Source: the human T2T-CHM13v2.0 reference genome, Homo sapiens. Taken from it: 64,000 bases of DNA. Positions 1-51,700 of the stretch are shown here, piece by piece. The stretch lies in the NCBI RefSeq assembly GCF_009914755.1, contig NC_060944.1; one strand, given 5' to 3'. The position numbers were made by a program, and so were the translations under genes. The notes under the pieces are model-generated. The model was not told where the DNA came from and ran no database searches. It was given only the letters and a program-made list of their open reading frames with translations. Every line of letters begins with the position of its first letter. Within the stretch, counting starts at the first letter, position 1.

Positions 1-140
1 CAATTCTCTAGAATTGATGTTGGTTTCAGGTAGTTGTGAAATTTTAGACATAATTTTCCATTTACTTATACAGCCACTTGTTCCAGCCTCTGGTGAATGT
101 TTGCAATGATTTTCAGCAAAACTTCCAGAGCCGTGTTTGA

Positions 141-512
<372 letters not shown>

Positions 513-576
513 CCCATGACTTTTCCCAAATTAATGTTTTATTGTTTTCTTACATAACTGTAGATAATGCTTTTAA

Positions 577-980
<404 letters not shown>

Positions 981-1284
981 TAAATGCTCCCTCTCGTTTA
1001 CTTTTTGAAATTATGTTTGTGATGTGATAATTTATTTTACTAATTTGCTTACATGGAATTTAGATTGATTTTAGGATGGTGAATGGGTATTTTTAAAATG
1101 TTTTTAAACCGTGAAACTTCTGGAAGCTAAGTATGCCAAAATTTTTTTCCCTTTAGATCTTCAGTGTCTATTGGATTTTTCCAAGAGAAAGTTTGTAAAA
1201 TTCCTTACACTGTAGATGTGGATCAGATACGATGATTCAGTAGAAGAGCACATGTCAGGGGCAGTGGAGGCTGGCTGCTGAAGG

Positions 1285-38839
<37,555 letters not shown>

Positions 38840-39881
38840 GGGTCTGGAGGGGCCTGGGGCCCGGGACCGGAGGCTGACGAGGCTGGACTTCCTCGAGTGG
38901 CCACTGTGAGCCTCGTCACAGCAGAAACCAACTTTTCTAACGACTGAGTTCGCGGAGATAGCATCATCCCTGATCAAGGATGTAATTCTAATTAACTGTT
39001 GATTGCCAAACATTTCACTCTGCTGTGCCGTCTCTTCATAAAGCTTCACTTGGGATCATCGTCTTCATTAAGGTTTCAACAGGGAAATTCTTCACGGCGC
39101 CCTTTTATGTGGCAGAAATCAGCTGGGGCTTGTTTAGCTTCCAGCACACTCTCAGTCATAGCATGTGTAGCTAAAGGAAGTAATGGGAAGGGGTTCATGT
39201 TCTCTTTATAATGCAGTGGCAAAAGGTTCTGAAAGCCTTTTAAACTCGAACCAGTGGGGGAAAGATGGATCTTGAAGCTAATCCTGCAGAGAGTTTTATA
39301 GAGGCCAGGGATTGCCTTCTAAATTATGATAAAACAGAAGTGAAGAGTTTCAGAGCATCAGATTGAGTGAAAAGTTGTCAGATTCTGTATTTTTTAACAA
39401 TCTTCAATAATGTAAAGATTACTTTTAAAATATTTAAGTTAAAACTACTTGAATAGTATTTTGCTGAAGAGCAAGATATGCATTAATCACCGGTTTTATA
39501 CTGTCCAAAATGAAGCATCCCCGTGACAAACCAGAGTGGGCAGAAGCATCGAGAGCGTGACAGGAAATCCCAAGACTGCTTCCGCCTCAGAGGCGTCCCG
39601 GCTGCGATTCGCTGCCCTGTTGTCAGTGAGGCCTGGCTGTCACCGCACACCGCGTCCGTGTCTCCAGGGGGTTCCTTTCTTCTCACACGTCGCGTGTACC
39701 CATAGCACTCTTGTGTTTCTGTTTTTCCCAGTATGCATGTTTAAAATAGAAGTGACAAGAATCACATCCGGTTGTGTCCTGTGGGAGGGTCAGAGGCAGA
39801 ATCTACTTACAGTGGTGTAATTAAAGTTATTTAACCAAAAATAGGTATGTGTCCATCTCAGCATTCACCTTTATCAAGTGA

Positions 39882-40205
<324 letters not shown>

Positions 40206-41114
40206 TGACTGATTTTTTTTCATGTAGAATTGTCAACACGAGAGATCACAGTGGAGCACTTTGAAAGACCGTCGGTTGTGTGCACGCACGCACACACTCA
40301 TGCACACGCTGACACGCGGTTGCATGGAGTCCAGGTTACTCAGGCCGGCACTTCTGAGTGACAGGTGCCACCTGCGTGTGTCTTGGCGTCCACATCACAC
40401 CTGTGACGGAAGCACTTCTGGAAGTGAACACTCGTTTTGAAAGCTTGATTTTGTAGCTTTGGAAGCTGGAAGCGATGGTGTTTGGTGCCGAGTCCTGTGT
40501 CATCCTCGGGGCCTATGAGCTCCGTACCAGCCACTCAAAAGTGTCTGAACAGAACCGCTCCGTGACTGGTAGCTGGGTCTGAGGATTCAGGATTGTGGCG
40601 TTATTCAAAGAGGAGACTTTGAAATTCCCCGATGGCTGGAATGTGGAGCCCAGGTGCCTCTGGTGGAGGGTCATCTGCTTTTCCAGACTGTGGTTGTGAA
40701 CCGGCTCCTTCTCCAAGAAAGGTTGCAAGCTGAGAACATCCAGAGGTGAGACTCAGACACATTGAAAGTGACTGCATTTAGGGAGGTTTAACGAGTTCTT
40801 ACTGATCATTCCACTTGTTACTGGTTAAGATAATTTGCCCACGGGTTTGTTTCCAAGTCCTCTTCTAGGACCAGGCTCCTGGTATTTCAGGGGCTGGTTG
40901 GCTGCACAGACAGCCCCTCTTCTGCTGTCCTTGAGGACAGACACCAAACCAGAGGTGGAGGAAGAACGGTAGGAAGGCTGATGGCAAAAGCGGCTGTGTG
41001 TCGAGGTTATTTTAACTTTTTACTACTTTTTGTTACTGTTTCTGCAAATGCTAACACATAAACCATGACCTAACTTTTGTCACCTTGGATATCTATTGAA
41101 TGTTAAACATCTCT

Positions 41115-41120
41115 AATAAA
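41115..41120 (+). terminator. OSBPL2 polyadenylation signal
   Basis: AATAAA followed by GU-rich sequence (tgtgtgg, gtttgggtgtg). Confidence 0.75.
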
Positions 41121-41221
41121 GATGGCCACCACTTAATGTGTGGAAAGTGATGGCCTTCTCGTGGGCCACGCGTTTGGGTGTGAGTATGGCCTTGACCAAG
41201 GGTCTTGGTGCTTTATTCACT

Positions 41222-41523
<302 letters not shown>

Positions 41524-42191
41524 TAATCCTGTCATGTAGGATGTCCTTACAGAATGAAAAACCTAGCAAGCTTATTCCCCAACAGAACCTAATACCTTGG
41601 TTGGATTCTATTGCTAATTGAAATGAGAATTCGGTTCTATGGTCATTGGTTCAGGGTGTATGTATTGTGAGCTGCTGGAGACAGAACGGTGAACAGGCAT
41701 GCCTCCCGGAGAGCCATATGCAAAGCACGGAGAGCCACATGCAAAGCACGTGTTGGCAACATAGCACATGCTGCTGCTCACCAGGCTCACCTGGGATGAC
41801 GGTGTGGATCTGAGTCGCTGGCCACGTGGCGACGTCTGCCCTGCCCTAGTGTCCAAGGACGGTGAAGGGTCGGGTGTCACCAACACCTGCAGCCTTCTCA
41901 CCGGGCGAGGCTTGGGTTGTGGGAAGTGGGGGACAGCTGGCCCTGGTCCCCAGCCCTGATGGACATCCGGCATTTTGCTGGTGCAGGCTGTCCTGAAGCC
42001 AGACCCTCCCGAGACTGCTGTCTGGGAGGAGAGCGAGCCAGCGGCCCAGATGCCTTGGTCGCGGGGAGGTGCCTGTGTGTACCGTGAGTTTCCCAGCCTC
42101 CGGCGGCAAGTGGGAAAGCCGGTACAGGAAGAGTGGTGCCTGCAGGTGCTCCCGGTCACCACCACCCCTTCCAGACGCCATCCCCAGAGCT

Positions 42192-42728
42192 CACATCTGT
42201 GCTGGCTGGAGGGTCAGGGCTCCACTCTGCCCGACAAGCAGTCTGGTGCAGGGGACGCAAATGTCAGACCCAGCAGGGCCCGGCACTTGGAGAAGTGCCA
42301 CATGCCACCCTGGTGGCCTCCGGGCACCCCACTGTCCACGTGTCTGAGCATGGAGCTGTCCATCTGGGGCATTGGCCTTGAACACCAAGGACCTGCCCCG
42401 GTTTGCCAGGCACATCTGAACACAAGGTCAGGAGGTTAGAACAGGACAAGAGAAACGCCTGGAGGCCTCCTCACAAGGCATCCTGCTCTTTGGGGAAAAT
42501 TTCTCCCCAGCAGAAATGGGGATTTACAAGTTTTACAGGTCCTTGTCATTTCCGTGAAGGAAAACAAAGCAAAGACAGTTACGAGTTCTGGTGAGCTTCC
42601 CACTGAGCTGGGCGACAGAGTTCAGGTCTCCAAGTGCCGGGCCCTGCTGGGTGTGACATTTGCGTCCCCTGCACCAGACTGCTTGTCGGGCAGAGTGGAG
42701 CCCTGACCCTCCAGCCAGCACAGATGTG
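42192..42728. repeat. 102-bp inverted repeat (arms 42192-42293 and 42627-42728), 333-bp spacer
   Basis: Arms are reverse complements with one mismatch (42267/42653). Confidence 0.95.
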
Positions 42729-43959
42729 GACGAGGGGCGCAGCTGGACCCCAGAGGAGAGTTCGATCCATCTGCAGGAAGTCCTGATGGTCCCAGTTTTC
42801 TTTGATGGCCACATCTGGACTTGCCTGTGTGTAAAGTGGACACAAAAGACGGGGCCCCTGCCGTGGCCGAGAACGTGGCGGTGGCTCCTGCTGCTTGCCA
42901 GGCAGCACGGGAGCTGGGTCTCCCTCGGACCCCTCAAAAGATGGTTCCTCACCGTCTTCTACAGGCTGATGTAAAATTTCTGTGAGGCGAAAGCCACATT
43001 TGCCAGCTCTGGGTACGAAGTTCACTTCACAGTCGGTCCTTCGCTTGGTGAGCTTTGGGAGCCAGGCTGCCGTGGCCAGATGTTTAGGAGCACGACGGTG
43101 GCTCTGCAGAGGGCGATGGTGTGCAGCCGGGCTTTCCTGTCGCCCACACCTTGCAGGCCCTCACCCCTCCCCGTGCCTTCACCCAGCTGCTCCTCCAGTG
43201 CCATTCATCCCAGCAGGCAGCAAGGACATGGCAGCTGAGAAAAGATGCCAGCAGAACGCACTTATTTTATAATATTTAACAACTGTCAGTGCCAAACTGC
43301 ATTAACACAGTCATCCTCAGATTTTTCAGAGGGCTGTGTACACATCTGTGAAAATAAATGTTAACCTCTAAGATTTGAATGAAGATTCTCTGAAGATGGG
43401 CAGCAGGTGACCTTTGTTTTACACTGAGCAATTTTTCACCATCTCAGCCGCTCTGGCCATTTTGAAAAGGGCTACAAATCTGCTAAGGATGAGTCCTCAT
43501 GCCTGGTTATCAGAAGTTTGGACCGCGTGTTCCTGAGGATTGGCCAAGCAAATGGCTCATTTCCAAAAACTGCCCTGTGGAGAGGGGGCTGGGGGACACT
43601 CGTGACACCTGTCGGGCGGCACATGTGATGGGTGGAGCACCCAGGTTCTCCAAGCAGCAGGAGGCTCTGATGGACCCCCCTCCCCTGGCGGGGGGACGCT
43701 ACTGCTAGAAGCAGCGAAGGGCCCGGTGCCCCAGGTTTCAGCTGCCTGCCTTCTGCCGTAAGTTGCCCCAGCACCTTCGTGCTTTTCAGGAGCGTAAGCT
43801 GAGCAGACTCAGTCGTCCCAGTGGTCAGTGTGGCTGGGGCAGAGGGACACACGGTCCACAAGACGTCCATGCTCTCGGAATGCTCCAGGGGTTTGGCTGT
43901 GGGGCTCCACCACCATTGCCTGAGCCCGGAGCCAGAGGCTCCTCCCACACTGCCTGGTC

Positions 43960-44115
43960 TGCCCCACAGAGCATCAGTGCCACGCCAGGTGAGGACAGCG
44001 CTCACCAGACAACCAGGCCTGCCGCCCCACTGACGCTGACTTCCGGACCTGCAGAACTGTGAGAAAGTACGTTTCGCTTCTTTGTAAACTGCCTGGTCAG
44101 TGGTGGCAGCACAGA
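43960..44115 (+). mobile_element. Possible MaLR (MLT1-type) LTR fragment
   Basis: gacttccggacctgcagaactgtgagaaa...tttcgcttcttt resembles the MLT1 3' end; degenerate. Confidence 0.4.
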
Positions 44116-44181
44116 TGGACCGACGTGGACCTCGACGCGAATGGCGGGCTCTGGGCGCTGACCCGGTGGCGGCGTAGCTCA

Positions 44182-44567
<386 letters not shown>

Positions 44568-44877
44568 GTTTAAAAAACCCTACCCCTGCCAAATGCTTTT
44601 CCGAAGTAGCCGTGCCATTGGTGTTTCCAACTTTGCCTGGCACCTTCCATCGTTTGCTAAGTTCCAGCAGGTGTATTTCATTTGCATTTCCCTCATGAAT
44701 AATGGTGTTGAGCAGCTTGCCATGGTGCCTTTGCCGCCTGTGACCTCTTTGGTGAAACATCCGGAGGTGTCTTCTGCCCACGTGGAGGCGCAGCCTGGGC
44801 TCTGCCGCCCACCTTTCACCCGAGGAGCCTGCAGCACGTGGAGAGCATCAGGGTGTGCTTTCTTTACAGTTTGGGGC

Positions 44878-45150
44878 TTTTTTGAGACAGGGTCTCGCTC
44901 TGTCACCCAGGCTGCAGTGCAGTGGTGCCATCACGGCTCACCGCCAGCCTTGACCTTCACCTCAGCCTCCCAAGTAGCTGAGACTACAGGCATGCACCGC
45001 CATGGCTGGCTCTTTTTTAATTTGTCTTTTTCTAAAGACAGGGTCTCACTGTCTTGATTAAGCTGGTCTTGGAACTCCTGGGCTTCAAGGGACCCTCTCA
45101 GCTCGGCCTCCCAAAGTGCTGGGATTGCAGGTGTGAGCCATCATGCAAGT
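44878..45150 (-). mobile_element. Alu (AluJ-like, degenerate)
   Basis: Alu consensus, antisense. Confidence 0.8.
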
Positions 45151-45919
45151 CTGGGGTTGTTTTTTTTTTGCTAAACAGGATGAATAGAAATCTCTTTTGG
45201 GGGATCTCTTAGTCCAAATCCTTTAGCTGAATGCGCGTGTCCCGGTGAGGCTGCTCCTCTAGATGCTGCGGGCATTTTGCAGACGTCCCACCAACTGCCA
45301 TCAGCGACCAATTAGAAGATAGGGACAGCTGCACATGTCACACAGCCCTTCTGACCTTGTGTGTGCTTCAAGTCCGAGATTCCTGACACAAAGCAGCGTG
45401 TGCCCCCCCACCCACTCTGTGGCCACAGCTGGAGTCCTGGGCTGCTGGGTGCTCCAGGTGCCATACCCCACACACGCATAGAGCCCGTGGGCTGGCAGCG
45501 GGCACCCACAGTGGCCTCTGCAAAGCCTGCCTGGCTGCGGCTCGTTTCCTCACTGCAGCATGCTCATAGGAATGTGGGAGTTTCGCTTGAAGTGTGGGTA
45601 AAGAGTTCTGGGGTTGTTTGAGCCATCCCAGGCCACAGGGCCTCCAGGAAGTGGAGGAAATGGTAAATCCAGGGTCCTCTTGGCCACTGCGTTGGCCTCT
45701 GCACACTTGGCCCCTGCGGACCCTGGGGCTTCTGCTTTACTGTCTGTGACATAAACAAGTGACGCTTGCCACCTTCTTGCCGGGAAAGCCAGGCTGGGTT
45801 TTCTCATTTCCACCTTTTCCCTGTTTTACACGAGGGCACGAGGATGGGGCTGCAGTATCAGTGACGCACCTGTCACCAGCGGGCCACAGAGCTTTGTGTT
45901 AGCCCCTCTCAAGCCCTTT

Positions 45920-46490
45920 AGCTTCTGGAACCGTTTAAATTCTTAAAAATTATACAGGACCCCAAAGAGCTTTTGTTTATGTGAGCTTTATCTATTGACA
46001 TTTACCATACTAGGAATTAAGAGGACATTTAAAATTATTTAGCTACATAAAAATAACAATAACAAACTTACTACCTGTTAACACACATTTTAAAATGAAA
46101 AGTGGCTACATTTTCCAAAACAAAAAACGTGAATCTTTAGCTCAATCAATGTTTCAAATGGAAGCATTATGACAGTCAAAAGCTGGCAACTAAACATAAC
46201 TGGCACAAGCTCTGCCACCGAGACAATGGAGGCCTGAGTAGTAGGCTCCCTGCAGAATGAAAGGACTGGAGCTGCCAGCATCAACACCAACGCATCTCCC
46301 AACAAGGGTGAGTGAAAACACACACCTAAAGACCTCAGAGAGCACGTAAGCACACAGCTGTGCATCCACTCTGAGGGTGAGCCACCAAGCACACGGTGAC
46401 CCCGGGGAGCGCCCGAAGGGAGTGAAGTATCTGAAGGAAAGAAGGAAGTGAGCGATGGGCAAAGGAGAACCTGAGGACCCTGGCACAGTC
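45920..46490. mobile_element. Possible hAT-Charlie DNA transposon fragment
   Basis: ttcttaaaaattat..aggaccccaaagagcttttgtttatgtg resembles Charlie elements from memory; AT-rich island. Confidence 0.35.
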
Positions 46491-46508
46491 TCAGCTGCAA
46501 ACATCTAG

Positions 46509-46892
<384 letters not shown>

Positions 46893-47094
46893 AGCCCTCT
46901 AAGAGCCCCCGCCTGGCGTCGCTGTAGGCAAATCCCAAAGAACGTGTCCCTTCAGCAGCCGGCTGGGGCGCCACAAACACTATCTGTTGTCTTCGCTTTA
47001 GTTTGTGTCAAAGTGACTCAAAGTTACACAACACTGGCGGGCGACTGCCGCCTTTTTACCCTGTGGCCTTTCCCATCCAGGCGTCCAGAGGGTG

Positions 47095-47440
47095 AGCCCC
47101 TGCCCTCCAGGACCCCTCCCTTCCAGGACCCTACCCGTCTGGGACTCAGGCCTTCCCTGACTCCTCCCTCCCGGACTCACCCCTCCCAGATCCCTCCCCT
47201 CCGGGACCCTCTCCCCTCCCGGGCCCCCTCCCCTCCGGGAACCCCTCCCCTCCCGGACTCACCCCTCCCAGATCCCTCCCCTCCAGGAGCCCCTCCCCTC
47301 TCGGGACCCCTCTCCTCCCGGACCCACCCCTTCCTGACCCCTGCCCTCCCGGACCCCTGCGGGACTAGATGTATACAGCTGAGACCATATCACGGTTCTC
47401 ACCCTCGCTCTACCCTCCCGGACCCCTGCTCTCCCGGACG
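47095..47440. repeat. C-rich degenerate repeat (ccctcccctcccggga) upstream of the ADRM1 CpG island
   Basis: Reiterated C-tracts with strong strand skew. Confidence 0.8.
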
Positions 47441-47899
47441 CGTGGACTCCAGCTCCCGCCTGGGTCCCCAAAGCGCTGAACCCATGGTCACTTCTATGCG
47501 TAGCCCTGGTGCCCGCCGCCCACAGCCGGACCGCACTCCTCGGCCTCCGCCTAACCCCTGGCTCAGCCACACGAGTGACAGCTCTGCCCGCCCGGGCGGG
47601 CGACGCCGAGGGGTGGGCTCGGCCCCACCTGAGCAGTTCCCCAGCGCCCCTCTGAAACCCGCCTGTGGTCCCTGGCGCCGCCTCTAGGGGCCGCCGCCGC
47701 TCCCCTATGACACAGCAACAATAGGGGCCGCTCTGGTCCAAGCGCCCTGCGGCCCGCGCTTCCGCCGGAAAAGAGCCGCCGGCGCGGGGGCGGACCGGGG
47801 AGGAGCGAGTGCGATGGACGGTCGCCCTCGCCAATCGTTGGCAGGTTAGAGCCGGCTGCGCGGCTTACGGGGCTCAATCGGCGGCGAGAGCGGCAGGCG

Positions 47900-47998
47900 G
47901 GGCGGGCCGAACGCGGGTTTCCGGCGGGGCCCGGCAGGCGCCGAGGAGGAAGAGCGAGCCCGGACGGCGCCTCTCGAACGAGTGTGGGCGCGAGGCAG
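47900..47998 (+). other. ADRM1: ADRM1 non-coding first exon (start approximate)
   Basis: Donor GCAG|gtgcgg at 47998/47999 inside the CpG island; next acceptor tttcag|G ATG at 48516/48517. Confidence 0.7.
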
Positions 47999-48517
47999 GT
48001 GCGGGAGTCGCCGGGCCTGGGGCGGCCGGGGGCGACCGGAGGCGGGGGCAGGGGCTGCTGGACCAAGGATGGGGCGGGGGCAGCCAAGACGAGAAGGTGG
48101 CCGGCGCGGCGGGTGGGGCCTGCGGGGGCCGGGCCGGGCGGGGGTTCTGGGGTCTCGGGCGCCGCCCCGGTTCCGCCTGCGGCTCTGAACGTGGGGCTCG
48201 GCGGGAGCTCGGGCGGGTCTGCCCCGCGGAGCGGGTCGCCGGGGTGGCGCGTCGAGGCTGGTGCCCCGCGGAGACGGCGTCAAGCCTAGGGCCGGCCCCA
48301 CTAGGCTTGGCGGGGCTGCCCCGGCCCAGCGCCGAGTGCGGGCGGTGCGATCGTCGTGAGCGGGGCAAACGCGGAAAGGCAGCCCGGCGTGTCTGAGTCT
48401 GCCTTAGGCAGCTCTGGGCGCAGGCCCCCTGCTCGCAAACACCCCAGGGGGCGGGAGCTTGCCGGACCGCAGGCGACAGTGACCGCCGCGTCTCAGCGTC
48501 CTCTCCGCGCTTTCAGG

Positions 48518-48730
48518 ATGACGACCTCAGGCGCGCTCTTTCCAAGCCTGGTGCCAGGCTCTCGGGGCGCCTCCAACAAGTACTTGGTGGAGTTTCGGGC
48601 GGGAAAGATGTCCCTGAAGGGGACCACCGTGACTCCGGATAAGCGGAAAGGGCTGGTGTACATTCAGCAGACGGACGACTCGCTTATTCACTTCTGCTGG
48701 AAGGACAGGACGTCCGGGAACGTGGAAGAC
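48518..48730 (+). CDS. ADRM1: ADRM1 coding exon 1
   Basis: MTTSGALF...SGNVED|gtgagt. Confidence 0.96.
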
Positions 48731-51700
48731 GTGAGTGTCCCTGAGCCGCAGCAGCAGGACAGGCGACTTCTCGGGCCCTCGGAGTCCTCGCTTTGGAGTT
48801 CGCGGTGGGGGCTTGGCCGCATCTGGGGACCGCTCGTGGGGCCGTCATCGACTGCCCTGCTGATGGGTCGTCCTGGTTTCCGCGGTGACAGGGGCATCTC
48901 GGCCACTGTGTATCTTGAACTGTCCGTGTGAGGTGCCTGGGTTGGAGGTGTGGCCCTGGAGAGCCCGGAGCTCTGTGCCTGGCCTTGAACTGTCCGTGTG
49001 AGGTGCCTGGGGTTGGAGGTGTGGCCCTGGAGAGCCTGGAGCTCTGTGCCTGGCGGCTTCACTCAGTCTTCTTTGTTTTTCAAACTCTTAGTTGTTCTTT
49101 GTTACATTTGAGAGCAGTTCAGCGTTGACTTTTTAACTACTCTGGGAATGTTGTTTCCAGCACGTCTCAGAAACCCCGTTGCCATCTGAAAGGCCCCTTT
49201 CCCTGCTCTCTCCCCCGGCCTTGCCTTTCATGGGCTGTCTCTGACCCTGGCTTCTCTGCCTTGTGGAGACCCTGCCAGCGAGGGGTCTGGCGGCTTAGCT
49301 GCCCCTTGCGCACCCCACCCGGTTAGACCCAGGGCTCAGTACGCTCTCCTGAGACTGGGCACAGTGATGCCATCTGCGCCACTGACTCTCTCTTCCCCTG
49401 GCTTGCCAGGACTTGATCATCTTCCCTGACGACTGTGAGTTCAAGCGGGTGCCGCAGTGCCCCAGCGGGAGGGTCTACGTGCTGAAGTTCAAGGCAGGGT
49501 CCAAGCGGCTTTTCTTCTGGATGCAGGTATGGGGCAGGCCTTGGGGTTGTGCCTTTTTGTTGCCCTGCGATTCGGTTAGGAACTTGCTTACAGTGTGGTG
49601 CAATTGGCTTTTATAAACCAGCAGGCGCCGGCCACACCCGGCCACACGGCCTGAGATGCCACCTCAGGGCTGCGGTGCATGCTACCTGGGGCCGAGGTCC
49701 TCTCCCAGAGTACGGAGGCTCTAGGCTGGGCTGCGGGCAACCGATTGCGGTGTGAAATTTCCAGGCAGACAGACATGCTGGCCCTGGTTCTAACGATGCC
49801 CAGTGCCCTCTCTCTGCCCCTTGCCGTGGGTCACTGAGGCCCCCACAGCAGAGGCAGAGGCCCCTGTGTGGCTTCCCTGCTGGTGCTCACAGAAACGAAG
49901 CATCCTGCTCACACTTTCCACAGTCCTGCCCCTTCCCTGGCAGTGTGTCCTGGAGGCCAGGGGTGTCAGTGCCCAGGGTTTCTCTTACCCACAGCTGCAG
50001 AGCGTCTTTTGGGTCTAGAGGCCGCTGCTCATTCTGCCATCTGTCAGTGACCATTGAGCTTGTTGCCGTTTTTTGTGCTGTTACAGGCAGTGTTGCAAAG
50101 AATTTCCCGGTACACAGATCATTTTCCATAAGCCAGTATCATCTGTAGGTGAAAACTGGTGGCGGGCCTGTGGTCAGGAAGCGTGTGCATGCGTTTGCAG
50201 TGTGGAGAGAGAAGGCCATGCTCTCTGCCAGAGGTGGAGCTGCTGTCCCCACCCCACCCCCCTTGGCACTTTCAAGAGCAGGGGTGGCCCTGGCTGAGGT
50301 CTCTGTGGAGCACATGGTCTGTGTTGCTGGTCACCTGTGCAAGTAGTGTGCAGCGGCCTGAGAAAATGAACAGGCATAGCCAAACTCCAGTTAAACTTTA
50401 TTTGCAAACACAGATGGCGGCCACAATTTGCCACCTGCTGGTGTAGAACGTGTTTTTCCACGGTTTTGCCAAGAAATAGTGTCCAACTGTTACCACCATC
50501 TCCCTTTTTTCCCCGATTTTCCTGTTGGTGGCTTTTAAGTCCCCCGTCCCTGCTTTGCCATGAGAGCAGGGACTCCCAGTGTCCCTGGCGCCCTGCAGCT
50601 TCCATAGCCATTCGGGGTGTGCGTGGGTGCTCTGCTCCCAGCTCTGTGAGCTCGCAGGTCGATGCTTCTGACACTGATCTGTGCACATGTGTGTGCACAC
50701 GCGTGTGCTCGATTGTGAGCGCCTGCCGTGGCCCTGGGCCGCGGTGTGCTGAGCGGGCCAGTTCGCTGCCTTCCACTGGTTGAAGGAAGGAGACGGGTGT
50801 GTAAAGAACCGCACCCCAGAGGGCAGGAGGGTGAGAGGGCTTGGTCTGGCAGCAGCTAAGTGCCTTCGGAGCTCTAGGCTCCCCATTTGTGAAATGGGCG
50901 GAGGGGGACAGGGCACACCCGGGATTGCGGCGGATGGGGACAGGGCGCAGAGCATCGTGCTCAGGAGGCGCCACTGCCGTCCCCTCACCTGCTGGGCCGG
51001 GTCCTGTCTCCTCAGCATTGTGTGGCCAGGCACACGCGCCTCTGCGTCTCAGGTCCCTCACCTGGAAGCCAGGTCAGAGGATGGCTGTGGTGGCCCTGGG
51101 TGAGCTGGCGCCAGCTCCTGCCCTTACATGCCCTTCCTCTTGCAGGAACCCAAGACAGACCAGGATGAGGAGCATTGCCGGAAAGTCAACGAGTATCTGA
51201 ACAACCCCCCGATGCCTGGGGCACTGGGGGCCAGCGGAAGCAGCGGCCACGAACTCTCTGCGCTAGGCGGTAACTGTCACATGTGTCACGTGAGCTCAGG
51301 GTTTCCTGGGAGGCCAGAGTCTACTGTGGATGACTCGCCCCCTCAGCACAGGTTGTTTGGAAGTGGAAATAGAAGATTCTAAAAGTTAGAGACCCTGTGA
51401 GCTCCCTGGGTCACTCCCCACTCCCACCTTCACGGGGTAGGACGGGTCTGCATCCCACCGTCGCCTCACTTCAAGTGGTGCCCCCTGTAGGGTTCAGGGG
51501 CAGCCGAGTGCGGTGCTCAGCAGAGGCGCAGGCAGCGCGGTGGGGCCCGCGTGGATCTGGCTGGGGCAGGCCCGCCTGAGCTGCAGTGTTTTCCAGGTGA
51601 GGGTGGCCTGCAGAGCCTGCTGGGAAACATGAGCCACAGCCAGCTCATGCAGCTCATCGGACCAGCCGGCCTCGGAGGACTGGGTAACGTGCGCCACCCG

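Larger units (their letters stand above)
47440..48900. promoter_or_regulatory. CpG island / ADRM1 promoter
   Basis: Very high GC and CpG density; ARE-like ATGACACAGCA 47707-47717, ETS-like CCGGAA ~47765, CCAAT 47831-47835, GC boxes ~47896-47907. Confidence 0.9.

Noticed and set aside
42182-42755. Reading the inverted repeat as a MITE/hAT element with an 8-bp TSD CCCCAGAG (42182-42189 and 42748-42755)
   Set aside because: The direct repeats do not abut the arms symmetrically (2 nt versus 19 nt away), and 99% arm identity is too high for human DNA transposons, which are long inactive. Retained only as an inverted duplication.
47809-48931. Upstream-extended ORFs across the ADRM1 CpG island
   Set aside because: Stop-poor GC-rich sequence with non-ATG starts; the true start is ATG 48518, right after the splice acceptor.
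50174-51061. 295-aa antisense ORF in an ADRM1 intron
   Set aside because: No recognisable domain, non-ATG start, GC-rich context. An antisense non-coding transcript may exist here, but sequence alone cannot support it.
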